A stretch of 64,000 nucleotides of DNA from Eledone cirrhosa (GCA_964016885.1 OZ024743.1:116994001-117058000); one strand, 5' to 3'; positions 28,960 through 46,682 are shown, numbered from the stretch's first letter. Program-made: numbers and translations. Notes: generated by a model not told the origin, from the letters alone.

Positions 28960-28991
<32 letters not shown>

Positions 28992-29132
28992 GTGTATATA
29001 TATATATATATAAAACAACACACTTTATGATTGTTTGATTTTATACCTCCACTTTTTCTGTTTAGACTGCTTGTGGGTTAGTTCGGATCTAGCTGTCAAA
29101 ACGGCCGGAGCTCAGCCCTCGGGAACCTGTCT

Positions 29133-29242
<110 letters not shown>

Positions 29243-29582
29243 CCCTCTCTCTCTTTCTCCCTCTCTCTCTCTTTCTATATATCGGTTCGGGATACATTTA
29301 CAGCTGACGATGAAAACTCCTTTCTTCCTTTCTCCTCCTGTTCCGTCTTAACCACCATCCTAAACCTTGTTTTTAGTAACCACACAGCTCCATCCGTTTC
29401 ATAACTTTTTGTATATATATATATATATATATATAAACACATATACAAACAAATGAATACCGATAAACGAAAATATACCACGTAACTAAGATCTGTGTGC
29501 CACAGATACACACATTGAGAATGACGTACACACAAGAACGCGCATACACACATGACAATATATGTGTCTATATATATATATA

Positions 29583-29622
<40 letters not shown>

Positions 29623-29623
29623 C

Positions 29624-29658
<35 letters not shown>

Positions 29659-29690
29659 TGTGTATATATATATATGTATATATATATATA

Positions 29691-29763
<73 letters not shown>

Positions 29764-29890
29764 AAAGTTATATTTAAATTGTTGGGTTACAACTAGTAAA
29801 TATTTATAACTGATATAAAAGCACTCAACAAGTATTTAGAGTATATTTACGATATTAAATAAATGGAAACTATATTTATAAAACCATATT

Positions 29891-29956
29891 TATTTCATTA
29901 TATATATTTCAGGGATATCATATTAACAATAAGTTATGCCTTCTTCAGACAAAATA
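29891..29956 (-). ncRNA. Minimal hammerhead ribozyme (family A copy 29761-30060)
   Basis: TATTTTGT-CTGAAGA-AGGCATAAC...GATATCCCT-GAAA-TATATATA-ATGAAATA. Confidence 0.8.
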
Positions 29957-30058
29957 CAATATAGACAGTTTTATAAATAAATAGATTTGACATACCGTTC
30001 AACATCGACTTGTATTTGAAAAGTTGATTTGGCAGTGAAAAATTGTAAACAGAAAGAG

Positions 30059-30162
<104 letters not shown>

Positions 30163-30291
30163 TATATGATGCGCGCTGAAACATCTGTGACCCGTAGATG
30201 AAGGGAAAATGTCCATCTCTTGTTTGTCACCCTTTATTCTATTTTCTAACACTTGTTTTCAGTAACCACACAGACACGTCCCTCTCAATAC

Positions 30292-30322
<31 letters not shown>

Positions 30323-30504
30323 CACTTAATACATTAACAGAGAAAGCCATTAGCGATACTCCGACCAACTTCCATCTCACTCAACAAACATTAGGAAATA
30401 CCTAAGTTTATTCCCAATTATATGTTTGGGGTGCTAACTATATTGTATTATGTGGAAAGTCGGCTGTATTATTTTATATGAGACATAATTAAATAAATCT
30501 CACT

Positions 30505-30618
30505 TTCCATAGATTCGTTTCGTTATAGGATGGGAGAAAAAAAATCCAAGTTATGTAGAAGCTTGCATATGATCAACAGGTGTACTTGCAAGTGGGCTCT
30601 TATAACTCTTCAGTGGAA
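30505..30618 (-). ncRNA. Hammerhead ribozyme with long stem II (family J, element about 30325-30630)
   Basis: TTCCA-CTGAAGA-GTTATAAGA...TCCTATAAC-GAAA-CGAATC-TA-TGGAA; homolog at 45754-45876. Confidence 0.65.
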
Positions 30619-30626
30619 TGCCCAAG

Positions 30627-30690
<64 letters not shown>

Positions 30691-31117
30691 ATATATATAT
30701 ATATATACATAGATATATAGTATCCCAAGGTTAGAAGATCGTGTATTTTGTCGACAAGTGGAAGGAGTGTGGTGGCAAATATTCTGTAGGAAGGATAAGC
30801 AATTCCGTCGTATATTTTGCGACCTTTTGAATAACCGGCTTTTCTATAACTAAGTTGAACCAAGCCATTGTCCAGATCGCAAAGACATAAACGATATATC
30901 TGAAGTGGATTTCATAATTTGTCTGTATATATCGAATGCCAGTAATGATTTTTCCACGATTTAATTGCTTTTGAAAACAGAGTCAAAAATATATTCAGTT
31001 ACTAAACCAACAAAAAAACCCCCCCAAAATACCAATTAAGTGTGTGTGAAAATGTAGAATTTAAAATAGTATAGATTGTATTTATCTGTATATGTAAATA
31101 TGTATGTATATATGTAA

Positions 31118-31207
<90 letters not shown>

Positions 31208-31250
31208 CTGTCTGCTTGTATGTATATATGTAAATATATGTATATATATG

Positions 31251-31302
<52 letters not shown>

Positions 31303-31482
31303 CATAAATATATATACATATATATATATCAAATATATATATATCAAATATATATATATCAATTGTAAGTGTACATTCTAATTAAGAAGTAATATAGATA
31401 TATATCAAATGTATATATATCATATGTAAGTGTACATTCTAATCAAGAAGAAATATTTATATATATATATGTATATTTATAA

Positions 31483-31545
<63 letters not shown>

Positions 31546-32053
31546 TATACAGCTGCATATATATGTATATATATGCAGTGTGTAGTGCATATATATGTGT
31601 AGTGTTTGCTGCTTTGTGTGTGCAGGCGTGGTCGTGTGTTCATATAAATATACTTCTTTATTGCCATGTGCATAATATATGATCGTTTGCATATGAGCAG
31701 GTGCGTATATAAACTTTCGAGAGTATACGAAAATATATATGCTTTACAATATATGTTATTGTACGGTGAAATTCAATAGATGAACATTCATTCCACCTCT
31801 TGCACACAAGCAAACTTATACACCCTTGTACATGCCTACTAACACTGAGACACGCATAGACATATATGAGATTATATATATATATATATATTTAAGATTA
31901 TATAATTATGTATATATATATATATATATGTAGGAGGTGAGTTTTATTTAGCACAATAAAGCAATGCAAATATCGGATAAGTAGCACTCCACAGTTTATA
32001 GGACTGGAGTATAAATAATATAAGATCAAAAGATGGTTAAAAGAGTTCCATGT

Positions 32054-32122
32054 ATTTTATTATGCGCATTTCAAAAACAAATATCATCATGGTATGATAT
32101 TTGCGTTCTCATCAGCTAAAAT
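32054..32122 (-). ncRNA. Minimal type I hammerhead ribozyme
   Basis: ATTTTAG-CTGATGA-GAACGCAAATATCAT...ATGATATTTGTTTTT-GAAA-T-GCGC-A-TA-ATAAAAT; bulged hairpin downstream at 31986-32010. Confidence 0.8.
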
Positions 32123-32433
32123 TGGGAGACATGATATGAAGCTTAAAAAACACTTGCGAGCAGTGAAGTGTTAAATCAACATATGTTACCGGCGTGCTGT
32201 TGTCTGGCGTGTTCGTGTAGTACTGAACCTTTTTTTTTTGTCCTTTTAGTTCCCCCAGTGTTAGTCTATCTTTTCACCTATGCTATAAAAGATACAGAAG
32301 CGAAAACAAGGCAAACAGTGAGTGTGTTCTGTTATTCATTCTGGCAATATTATTACAACAATATGACCCTCCCCAAGAATAACAATATTTGTTTCGACAC
32401 ACGATTTCATATCAAAAACCTCGCAAAACTATG

Positions 32434-32511
<78 letters not shown>

Positions 32512-32556
32512 GTGACGAAACATAAGTCAATTTCATGAACTCATAATCCTTTATTT

Positions 32557-32612
32557 ACTGCTACATATATTTCGCTGATAGCTATTGAATGGCTATGACC
32601 TCATCAGGCAGT
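32557..32612 (-). ncRNA. Minimal type I hammerhead ribozyme
   Basis: ACTGC-CTGATGA-GGTCATAGC...GCTATCAGC-GAAA-T-ATAT-G-TA-GCAGT. Confidence 0.8.
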
Positions 32613-32689
32613 TAATCAGTTCTTAGATATGACAGCTCTGTGTTTATGGTGTTGATGGTATCAGAGTCTTGGGACTATATATATATACA

Positions 32690-32829
<140 letters not shown>

Positions 32830-32832
32830 TAT

Positions 32833-33488
32833 AAACATAAATTATCGAGATTCGCATTTCGGCCAACGAAATAACGAAAATCCGAGATGTGAGGCAAGTG
32901 CTCAATGATTCAGATGAACCAGAGCTATAACAAACGTTAAAGGCCAAACACACTGAGACGATGGTGAAACAATCATTCGCATAGCCAAAAAAACGATCAA
33001 GTAATTCGGGTATTGAAAATTTACCCGGACTCCTGGAAGGTTGGTAAAATCAAGTATTTGGGTTTCTACGGCTCCTAAATCAAGTACCGTCCGCTTACAT
33101 AAATAATGTCAGGCTTCTGGTAAGATGATTGAACAAGGAAGCCACTTTCTCAACAGGTTTTAGTTCAATGTCAATACAAGGACTGACTATTGCTGACTCC
33201 ACGTGGGGATCGGCAAGGGAGGTAGCCCCTATATCAGGCGAATAAATTCAGTTGTGTATATTTTTGCAAGAATGCAAAAACATCACAAATCGAATAGAGT
33301 TCTAAACAGAAGGGTTAAAATTAACATAAGCTATTCATCAGTCAATAGAATCAACTAAACAATCAAGAAAATTATCTGGTTAATAGCTAGAGTCTGGAGA
33401 TAAATACAAACATAAATTAACGAGATTCGCATTTCGGCCCACGAAATAACGAAAAACAACCTCCGAGATGTGAGGCAAGTGCTCAATG

Positions 33489-33490
<2 letters not shown>
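32833..33490 (-). mobile_element. Family H element with about 80-bp direct terminal repeats
   Basis: 32833-32910 repeated at 33408-33490; TA-flanked. Confidence 0.75.
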
Positions 33491-33541
<51 letters not shown>

Positions 33542-33639
33542 GTATGTACATATATTTATATGTATATACATATATTTAATGTATATACATATATTCATAT
33601 GTATGTACATATATGTATATGTATGTTTATATATATATA

Positions 33640-33788
33640 CGTTAAGGGTGAAAGCAGGGATTCTTTGCTTAAATCTTAATCTGTTATTTTAATAAATATT
33701 CGGTCTAAGGTTTTTATATATTTGATATATACATTGTCCTTATGGAGCCCTCTTTGGATTCTAGTCTCCACATTTATCATCATTACTC
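33640..33788 (+). mobile_element. Family F end (also 13172-13232 and 36108-36162)
   Basis: Shared GAG(C/T)CCTCT..GGATT.TAGTCT.CACAT; GAAA-GCAGGG..CTTTGC-TT stem III-like segment. Confidence 0.6.
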
Positions 33789-33811
33789 TCTCTCTCTCTC
33801 TCTCTCTCTCT

Positions 33812-33874
<63 letters not shown>

Positions 33875-33878
<4 letters not shown>

Positions 33879-34250
33879 AGAGTATAAACAAACCGTTTAA
33901 AGGGCTTTGCAAATTGAAGATAGCGAACGGTAATTCAGCCGCGGGGACTGTAGCAAAGAGAGACCTGACTCGCAAGAAGAAAATACATATATATGTATAT
34001 GTATTATTTGTTGAAAATTGCAAACTTGACTGTCACCGCACATTATGAACCTGAAGATTGCGAAAGCATGAAAGTACTTGTTCAATTAACACTTAACATT
34101 TAATATTCTACCATACTATTTCATTCTAATACCATTATAAATTTTAAAGGATTGTAAATAAAACGAGTAAATCAGACAAAGTTGGAATTCCTTTTATTAA
34201 TATAATCTTCTATACACAATCATACACACCCGTGTATATTTATCTATCTA

Positions 34251-34283
<33 letters not shown>

Positions 34284-34290
34284 GTATATA

Positions 34291-34331
<41 letters not shown>

Positions 34332-34533
34332 TTTTTTCTCGCGAGTCAGGTCTTTCTTTGCTACGGTCACCGCGGCTGAATTACCGTTTGCTACCTTCAA
34401 TTTGCAAAGCCCTTTAAACGGTATGTTATTACTCTAAGGTTTTATACCTTAGCGAGTGCTTGGCTACACTTCTGAATGCATTCGCCGGCTTAGCTGCGGC
34501 TCGAGCTTCGAATATGCTGTACTTCCATTTGTA
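33875..34533 (+). mobile_element. Family G interrupted palindrome plus tail
   Basis: 33875-33990 is the inverse of 34327-34440; bulged hairpin at 34431-34457. Confidence 0.7.
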
Positions 34534-34696
34534 TATGTATATATATATGATTATACATATATATAATCACTTAAATCTACGTAGACATTAACACATCTTT
34601 TCCAATCCGATCACAGGTTACAGAACAATTCAATTAATGATCGTAAATTTAAGGTTTCTTCACCCTATCATTCACTGAACATATGTGTCCAAGCAA

Positions 34697-34754
<58 letters not shown>

Positions 34755-35004
34755 GCATATATGTGTGCCTGTATGGGTATATGCGTCTCTTTATTTAGAC
34801 TCATATACTTAGATACACAACTATCTATATACACATACGTGTATATAGATATATATATATAATGGATATACATTTACATTTACATACACACATATCTATA
34901 TTTATATGCTTATCTCTCTATAGAATTGTATATATATACATTTATATATATATATATATATCGATCTCTTTCACACACATACACACGCACGCACACACAC
35001 ACAT

Positions 35005-35035
<31 letters not shown>

Positions 35036-35141
35036 ATATATATATATATATACATGTATATATATATATATATACATGTATACAAACATAACTGTATACA
35101 TGTTTATTAATTTTGGACTTAGATATTGCTAGGGGATTAAA

Positions 35142-35327
35142 TAATTGTTTCTACTTTTGGCACAAGGCCATCAAATACCCAGTGTATTACTGGTACTTTA
35201 TTTTATCGAACCCGTAAGGAAAAAAGGCAAAGTTAACCTCGGCGGGATTTGAACTCAGAATGGCAAGGGCCGTAACTCTATGCGTCAAAGCATGGCGTCC
35301 GACCCTCTACCGATACTGCCAATCCAA
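35142..35327 (-). mobile_element. SINE copy
   Basis: Same family motifs. Confidence 0.9.
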
Positions 35328-35462
35328 ATAATATCAATCTTTTACTGGTGTTGAAAGTAGTAGTTAGTGTTAAATTTAAGTTCTGTTGGTCAACGTGTAG
35401 ATATATTTGGTATTGAAGGCAGGACTTTGAAATCAAACAGTCCAAGATGCAGAATATATGTA

Positions 35463-35531
<69 letters not shown>

Positions 35532-35544
35532 GTGTGTGTGTGTG

Positions 35545-35779
<235 letters not shown>

Positions 35780-35814
35780 TAGATAGATATATATAGATAT
35801 ATATAGATATATAT

Positions 35815-35858
<44 letters not shown>

Positions 35859-35873
35859 ACGTGTGTGTGTGTG

Positions 35874-36033
<160 letters not shown>

Positions 36034-36060
36034 TATATATAGATATATATAGATATATAT

Positions 36061-36111
<51 letters not shown>

Positions 36112-36246
36112 CCTTATCGAGTCCTCTTCGGATTTTAGTCTTCACATTTATTATTATTACTGTATATTTATATATATACATGTGTGTGTATGTATATATA
36201 TATACATACACACACACACACACATCTATATATATAAATATACAGT

Positions 36247-36326
<80 letters not shown>

Positions 36327-36375
36327 TATAAATAGATATACCTATATATATATATATATATATAAATATGTATGA

Positions 36376-36413
<38 letters not shown>

Positions 36414-36993
36414 TCATACATATATATATATTTATAAACAAATTCACATTTTATATATGTATGTTTATTTATATGAAAAGTCTCATACATATATACCAAT
36501 ATTCATATTTTAATGTGTTTACATCCGCATAATAAACATATATATATGTATGCTCGGCAATATAAATATTGTACATTAATTTTTATATTAATATGTGTAT
36601 GTGTATAGACATAGATATATATTTGTGTGTGTGTGTGTGCGTGCACACTCTTGGTGCGTATGGTTATATGAATTTATGAGGAACAAATATTTATACATTT
36701 CTAGTCTGGTTTCTCAAGCATGTATTTATTTGATTCTATATACAATTAAATTAGAATAAAATATAAATACATATATGCATATATTCGCGCATGAACACTT
36801 TTACACATACACAGGTACGACACGTACACGCACACATACAATCATAGATAGAGTGAGATATAAGTCTACTCTCGTAAATATATAAATTTCTTTCGTTTCT
36901 TCATATACAGGCATATGTATGGAAGTATGTGGCTGTAGACGTACAGACACACAGCCGCATACATATAGACACGTGCACAGTCACCAACACAAA

Positions 36994-37040
<47 letters not shown>

Positions 37041-37048
37041 GTGTGTGT

Positions 37049-37102
<54 letters not shown>

Positions 37103-37172
37103 ATTTATAAATATATATATATAATATATATATATACAAAAACACAGACAAACACATATATATATATATATT

Positions 37173-37512
<340 letters not shown>

Positions 37513-37737
37513 TGTGTGTGTGTGTGTGTGTTGTGTATGTGTGTGTGTATATATATAATGTCAATGTGTTTGCTCCGATTTGTACATTCTTTAGAGCAGT
37601 GATGAAAATGATTTAAGACATTTATTTATGGCCTCAAATAAAGCCAAAGCAATTAATAGGGACAATATATAAATATACATATATATATATACGTGTGTAC
37701 GTATATATATATATATATGAATATATACATATATGTA

Positions 37738-37869
<132 letters not shown>

Positions 37870-38020
37870 ATATATACATACACATATATATATATATATG
37901 TTCATTTTATTTAAAATATATATATTTATATAAATATTTATATATATATATTTATACACATTATATTAAAATCTAAATAGTGAGTATCGTCACCTGCTTA
38001 TCACAGGGTTATGTTAATGA

Positions 38021-38139
<119 letters not shown>

Positions 38140-38468
38140 CATATTTATATATATGTATGTATATATACATATATATATATACATATATATATGTATATAT
38201 ATATGTATATATTTATGTATATATATATATGTGTGTGCGTGTGAGTGTTTACATATGTATATATATATGTATATATTTATATATTCTTATATGTATCTAC
38301 ACATATATATGTATATATATATATATATATACATATATAAATACATATATATATATAAATATATATACATATATATATATACATATATAAACATTCACAG
38401 GCACACACATATATATATAAATAAATATATATATATATATAAATGTATATATATGTATATATATATAA

Positions 38469-38517
<49 letters not shown>

Positions 38518-39527
38518 TACAGAGAGAGAGGGAAAGAGAGAGATATTTATGTTAGTGCTTGCGTGTGTTTATTTGTTAGCCTTATACATTATTTCGCTAT
38601 GAGATATCGAATGTGTGTATATATGTTTGTATATATCTATGCATGTATACACTTATATAAATATGTATGTACAACTGTTCTATATTCTGTCCGCCGGGCC
38701 CGTGGGCCAGCTAGCGCTTCGGTCCCCATTTACTTATATTATTGTGTAGAGAACGGGAGAGATTTATTTACTTATCTATTTATTTTTATTTAAACTATGA
38801 TGGAAAACTTCTATATAAGAATAGTAAGACGTGTGAGTGAATAATTTGAGTTTTATCATAGTTGTTTACCCCCAGATGTAACCGGTCATTTTTCACCGAT
38901 TAAAAACTAACGACAACATTATCCAAATTGTGTTGGGTATTTTGCATTGAGATTTGATTGCATTTTCTGTAAGATGGATGTGCCACGTAGACACTCCAAA
39001 TCTGCTCCATGAGTGGGTGGGTGGAAGGATTGATGAATTTGTGAATGTAATGAATTTCTTTCATAAGGAATTAAGTATACAGCAGGGGCATCTAATGGTA
39101 ATTAAATCTGTTAAGTTGAAATGCTTACATCATTTAAATCTTATGATAGCTTAAGTATAATGACAGATACAATATAACATATCATTTCATATCTTGATAT
39201 ACTATGAAATTTGATGTACGACATCAATCAAGTATATGTCGTTACTTTTATACTGAGTATCGTTTTGTATATTGCCATGAATATCGCTTATTATATCACC
39301 GAAAACAAAAACAAACATGGGAGGCTGAAGGTGGACATATGATCTGTTAGAAAAAGCAGCAATATATTATACTCTTCATTACCAAATTATATGAGAATGC
39401 ATGAATATATAGATATATAGATACATAAGTACGCACATATATACTTACATAGAAGCATACGTGCATATATACATGCATGTATTCATGCATACACATATTC
39501 ATGTATACATGTAAGTATACATGCTAT

Positions 39528-39563
<36 letters not shown>

Positions 39564-39568
39564 GTATT

Positions 39569-39601
<33 letters not shown>

Positions 39602-39729
39602 AAGTATATGTGTATATATATTTATATATATATTCATTTATATATATATATACATATATATATACATATACATATATTAGCATATATATATATATATTAA
39701 TATATGTATATTTATTTAAATATAAATAC

Positions 39730-39808
39730 ATCCTTACGAGGTCGATAAAATAAAGTACCAGTAATGTACATGTAATTGCTGGCCTTGTGCCAAAAGTAGA
39801 AATAATTA
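39730..39808 (+). mobile_element. 5'-truncated SINE
   Basis: ATCCTTACGAGGTCGATAAAATAAAGTACC...GTAGAAATAATT. Confidence 0.85.
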
Positions 39809-39812
39809 TATT

Positions 39813-40149
<337 letters not shown>

Positions 40150-40401
40150 GTATATATATTAATATATATATATATGTTAGTCTATTAATATTTATTTAAA
40201 TATAAATACATATATTTATATATATCATATATGTATATATACTATTTATGTATGTATGTATATATATATATATATATATATGTACGGCAACACTCGTCTT
40301 TTTTGATTTGTCCGAAGGTTATAAACCCCACTATCAGGCTAAAAATTTCTTTAGTCTAAAATACGGTGAAAGCTTATAAGTTCTAATTTCTAATATATAT
40401 G

Positions 40402-40475
<74 letters not shown>

Positions 40476-40676
40476 CATACATACATATATAATATATATA
40501 AATAAATGTATTTATATTTAAATAAATATACATATACTAATATGTATTTATGTATAAATGTATTTATATTTAAATAAATATACATATACTAATATATAAG
40601 CAAAGGGATATTTAATTTGTTGATAATTCAACAAAGATATGTTTACATAAACATACATACTAATTTATATATACTA

Positions 40677-40722
<46 letters not shown>

Positions 40723-40997
40723 GTAGAGAGAGAGAGTGAGATTTTGAGAGAAAAATATATATATATATAAATATATATAAATGTGGATGTGTGTTTATAT
40801 ATATAGATGTATATGTATGTATTATATATATATATTTATATATTATATATATGTATATTTATATATATTATATAAATATATATATGTATATATATATTTG
40901 TATATATATTTATATATTATACATATATATACGCACACACATGCATACATACATATATAATTTTACAGATTGTATATTTATATATACATATATATAC

Positions 40998-41100
<103 letters not shown>

Positions 41101-41440
41101 TGTATAAATATGTAATATATAGAACTATATATGAATATATGTGTGTGCGTATGCATATTATCTATTTCGTCTCATGCTATCATTACAACTAAAGGATTTG
41201 CGATTGTCTGATCCACCGACGCACACGCAAATTAACAAACAGACACACACGCATACACACCCATTCACACACATATATACACACACAAATATTCACACAT
41301 ACACTTATATTCACACATAAACAAACACACGCACATATATTGTTCCGAGGTTATTTTGTCATATTTTCGTGCGTCTATTTCTTATCGTTGACTATCTCCC
41401 TGACTGCATATCTATCTATCTTTCGATCTATCTATCTATC

Positions 41441-41507
<67 letters not shown>

Positions 41508-41612
41508 TATCTATCTATCAATAGATTTATATCCATCTGTATGCGTTCGAGTGTCTGCGTATCTACATGTAAATATTTTTCTTCGTAACTATACATACAC
41601 TCACACACATAT

Positions 41613-41720
<108 letters not shown>

Positions 41721-41840
41721 GTATATATATAGCTATATGTGTGTGCATGCGTCTGTGTGTGTGTGCGTGTGTTTGTGTGTGTATATAAATATTTATATAT
41801 AAACTCATCCTCATATACATATGTATATGAATATATGTAT

Positions 41841-41951
<111 letters not shown>

Positions 41952-41971
41952 ACCCCACATAACACCACGCC

Positions 41972-42054
<83 letters not shown>

Positions 42055-42139
42055 CACACACAAACGCACATATATATATGAAATATATATTTTATACATA
42101 TATTCATATATATAAATTTATCCATAAATATGTTTACAT

Positions 42140-42240
<101 letters not shown>

Positions 42241-42433
42241 TATATATAGCTATATGTATGTGTGTGCGTCTGTGTGTGTGTGCGTGTGTTTGTGTGTGTA
42301 TATAAATATTTATATATAAACTCATCCTCATATACATATGTATATGAATATATATATATATATACGTATAAATTACACACATTCCGATTTTTGTATATAT
42401 ATATATATATATATACGTTGTATATATTTTATG

Positions 42434-42485
<52 letters not shown>

Positions 42486-42599
42486 TACATATATATATGT
42501 ATGTATGTATGTATATTTATATATATATTCAAATATATATATATATATACATATATACATATATGTATTAATATATATATATATGTAATATCTCTCTCT

Positions 42600-42650
<51 letters not shown>

Positions 42651-42742
42651 TATTACATATATATATATAGTAATACATATATGTATATATATATATTTGA
42701 ATATATATATAAATATATATACATACATACATATATATATGT

Positions 42743-42793
<51 letters not shown>

Positions 42794-42906
42794 TGTGTGT
42801 GTGTGTTTGTGTGTGTATATATACATATATATATTTATATTTATATATATATATATTTATATATATATATATATTTATATATAAATATATATATATAGAT
42901 ATATTT

Positions 42907-42961
<55 letters not shown>

Positions 42962-43009
42962 AATATATATATATAAATATATATATATAAATATATTTAT
43001 ATATATATA

Positions 43010-43045
<36 letters not shown>

Positions 43046-43359
43046 TATATATATATACACGTGTTGTATTATATGTGCGTGCATGTATGTACATATATAT
43101 ATATATCTACCTAAAAAATATTGAGAGACACACAGATTCGCAGACACAGACACAGTTAACCTCCACATTTAGGCTCTGTAGTTTGCGCGTTATTTTGACT
43201 ACTTTGCTTGCTTTATTATAGTAGAATGTAAACTATGAAGATGCTTTAAGAACCTACGCGGTATTGTATGTATATAAAACTGAGTGTGAAATCCATAGGT
43301 AACACACACACAAATACGTGTACCTATGTATTATATATATATATATATAGTATATATAA

Positions 43360-43457
<98 letters not shown>

Positions 43458-43557
43458 AGGTATATATATATATGTTCCTATTACCCACTCTACTACCTCA
43501 AGTATTGAGTACTTTGGTGCGTTATGGTCCACCTGGCTCCTTACCACATTTCCTTCG

Positions 43558-43602
<45 letters not shown>

Positions 43603-43647
43603 TAGTTATGTTGTTATGTCTATATAATATTATATTGTATGAATATT

Positions 43648-43696
<49 letters not shown>

Positions 43697-43705
43697 GTAT
43701 GTATG

Positions 43706-43738
<33 letters not shown>

Positions 43739-44077
43739 TTTTTTAATTAGAAGCCTACGCTGTGATAAGAAGAATGTGTAAACACTTAAGTGATTACCTT
43801 TATGCCTCTCGGAGGATTGTGTCATCCCATTCGAATATACTAATGTAATGATACACCAGAATGCAGAATATAGCTGAATTTATCTATCTAATTTGTATGA
43901 TGTGCATTGTGATTAATTATGAAATAATAATAATCATGTACGAACACAGCACATGTATATATGCATGTATGTGTGTATATATGTATATATGTATATATGT
44001 GTATATGTGTGTATGTAAGTATGTATGTTCATATCTATCTATCTGTCTTTCTATCTATATATCCATCTATTTATCCA

Positions 44078-44128
<51 letters not shown>

Positions 44129-44168
44129 TCAGGTTATCAATAATGTATATATACATATATACTTATAA

Positions 44169-44363
<195 letters not shown>

Positions 44364-44969
44364 AATATATATATAAATATATATATATACATATACAAAC
44401 ATTATATATATATACACACATTAGTTAAAAGTAAGCGGAAATAACAAATCCAACAGTTCAGTAAAATGAAGATGAAAATTATTCTCCTGACACATGTTTC
44501 CCTGAAAGACAAATAAGATATAAACGTTGGGAAAGACACACAACTTGAGAGGAAGAACCGCGTCATTATGTCTATGGTATTTTTATTTTGAACTTCTTAT
44601 TAAGTATCATTTCTCATTCCTCTGTTGTGATTATAAGTTTGCCATTTTGCGATATTGCTCCCTTAATGATTTTTATCTACTTTGAAGACACGAAATTGAA
44701 CAGAATTAATCATTAATTATTTGAAACAAATGTTCAAATCGAGATATAATGATTTTTCTTATTTTTGCTTTATATCCCTTTTCTAGAAACAGGTGTCAGA
44801 GACATTTTTGCAGTGTTGTATATGTCTATGAGGTATGCGCTGCTCGTCGGATTTTCTTCCATGAATTTCGAAACATAAATAGTTGTCATATTAATACATC
44901 TGATGATAATATATCTCATCTTGCTTATCTTCGTAGCACACTCAACTTGAATCATTATTGCATCATTTG

Positions 44970-45156
<187 letters not shown>

Positions 45157-45208
45157 ATATATTTTATCTAATAATTCTAAGGACATGATTTATGATATAA
45201 TATATATA

Positions 45209-45317
<109 letters not shown>

Positions 45318-45344
45318 ATATATAATATATATATATTATATATA

Positions 45345-45413
<69 letters not shown>

Positions 45414-45417
<4 letters not shown>

Positions 45418-45616
45418 GGAGGAAATGTGGTACGGAACCAGATGGACCATAACGCACTAAAGTACTCAATACTTAGGGTAATAGAGTGGGTAATAGGAAC
45501 GAGTAGGGCCCCGACGGCTGAGCTCAAGCCGTTTCGACGGTTAATTCTGGACTTTTTCTTAGTCCAGAATTAGCCATCGAAACTGCTTGAGCTCAGCCGT
45601 CGGGTCCTACTCGTTC

Positions 45617-45619
<3 letters not shown>
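45414..45619 (-). mobile_element. Family C fold-back copy
   Basis: Palindrome about 45497-45617 plus tail. Confidence 0.85.
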
Positions 45620-45689
<70 letters not shown>

Positions 45690-45753
45690 CATACATATAT
45701 ATATATATACATATATATCTACATTTAGTCGTTAATATTAATATTATTGGGCA

Positions 45754-45876
45754 CCCACTGAAGATTTATAAGAGCCCACTTGCATAAGAATCCATTGATC
45801 TTACACAAGTTTCTACATAACTTGGTATAATTTCAACCACCGTGTTAAAATCTTACAATGAAACGATTCTTTTGGG
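45754..45876 (+). ncRNA. Hammerhead ribozyme with long stem II (family J, element about 45745-46050)
   Basis: CCCA-CTGAAGA-TTTATAAGA...TCTTACAAT-GAAA-CGATTC-TT-TTGGG. Confidence 0.55.
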
Positions 45877-46062
45877 AAATGATATCTTTAATATATCTCA
45901 TATAAAATAATACACCCAATTATCCACACAATACAATATAGTTAGCACTCCAAACGTTTAATTGAGAATATACTCCGGTATTTCCTAAAGTTTGAGTTGG
46001 AAATTGGTCGGAATATCGGTATTAACTTTCTCCGATTATGTAATAATGTATAGTTATTTTAA

Positions 46063-46132
<70 letters not shown>

Positions 46133-46314
46133 AGCCAGAAACAGCTTTCGGTTGCCTTGCATCTGCTGGAACATGGTAGTTAGCATCAGTCATCACCTTT
46201 ACAATCAATTCAGGACAAAATCCTTCCAAATGTTTATTCGTAAACATAGCTTATATTATTCGATATAAAAACTTTAAATAGTTATGAATAGAGCTATGTT
46301 GGAACGATCATCTT

Positions 46315-46452
<138 letters not shown>

Positions 46453-46602
46453 ACATACACACACACTCATATATATATATAAACACACACTCAAATATAT
46501 ATATATACTTGTGTGTATGTCTTTATATATATATATATATATATACATATTATAAAAATATATTTTTGTACACATACACAGACACGCATACACACGCACA
46601 CA

Positions 46603-46677
<75 letters not shown>

Positions 46678-46682
46678 ATATA

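Larger units (their letters stand above)
28519..28960 (+). mobile_element. Family A fold-back element: about 350-bp palindrome plus 90-nt tail
   Basis: Arms 28519-28689 and 28701-28871, centre 28695; TA-flanked. Confidence 0.9.

Noticed and set aside
29304-29320. CTGACGA followed by GAAA
   Set aside because: No room for stem II and no cleavage triplet with stem I
44862-44915. Type II-order hammerhead (GAAAC...GTC...CTGATGA)
   Set aside because: Stems I and II pair poorly; single copy; plausible by chance
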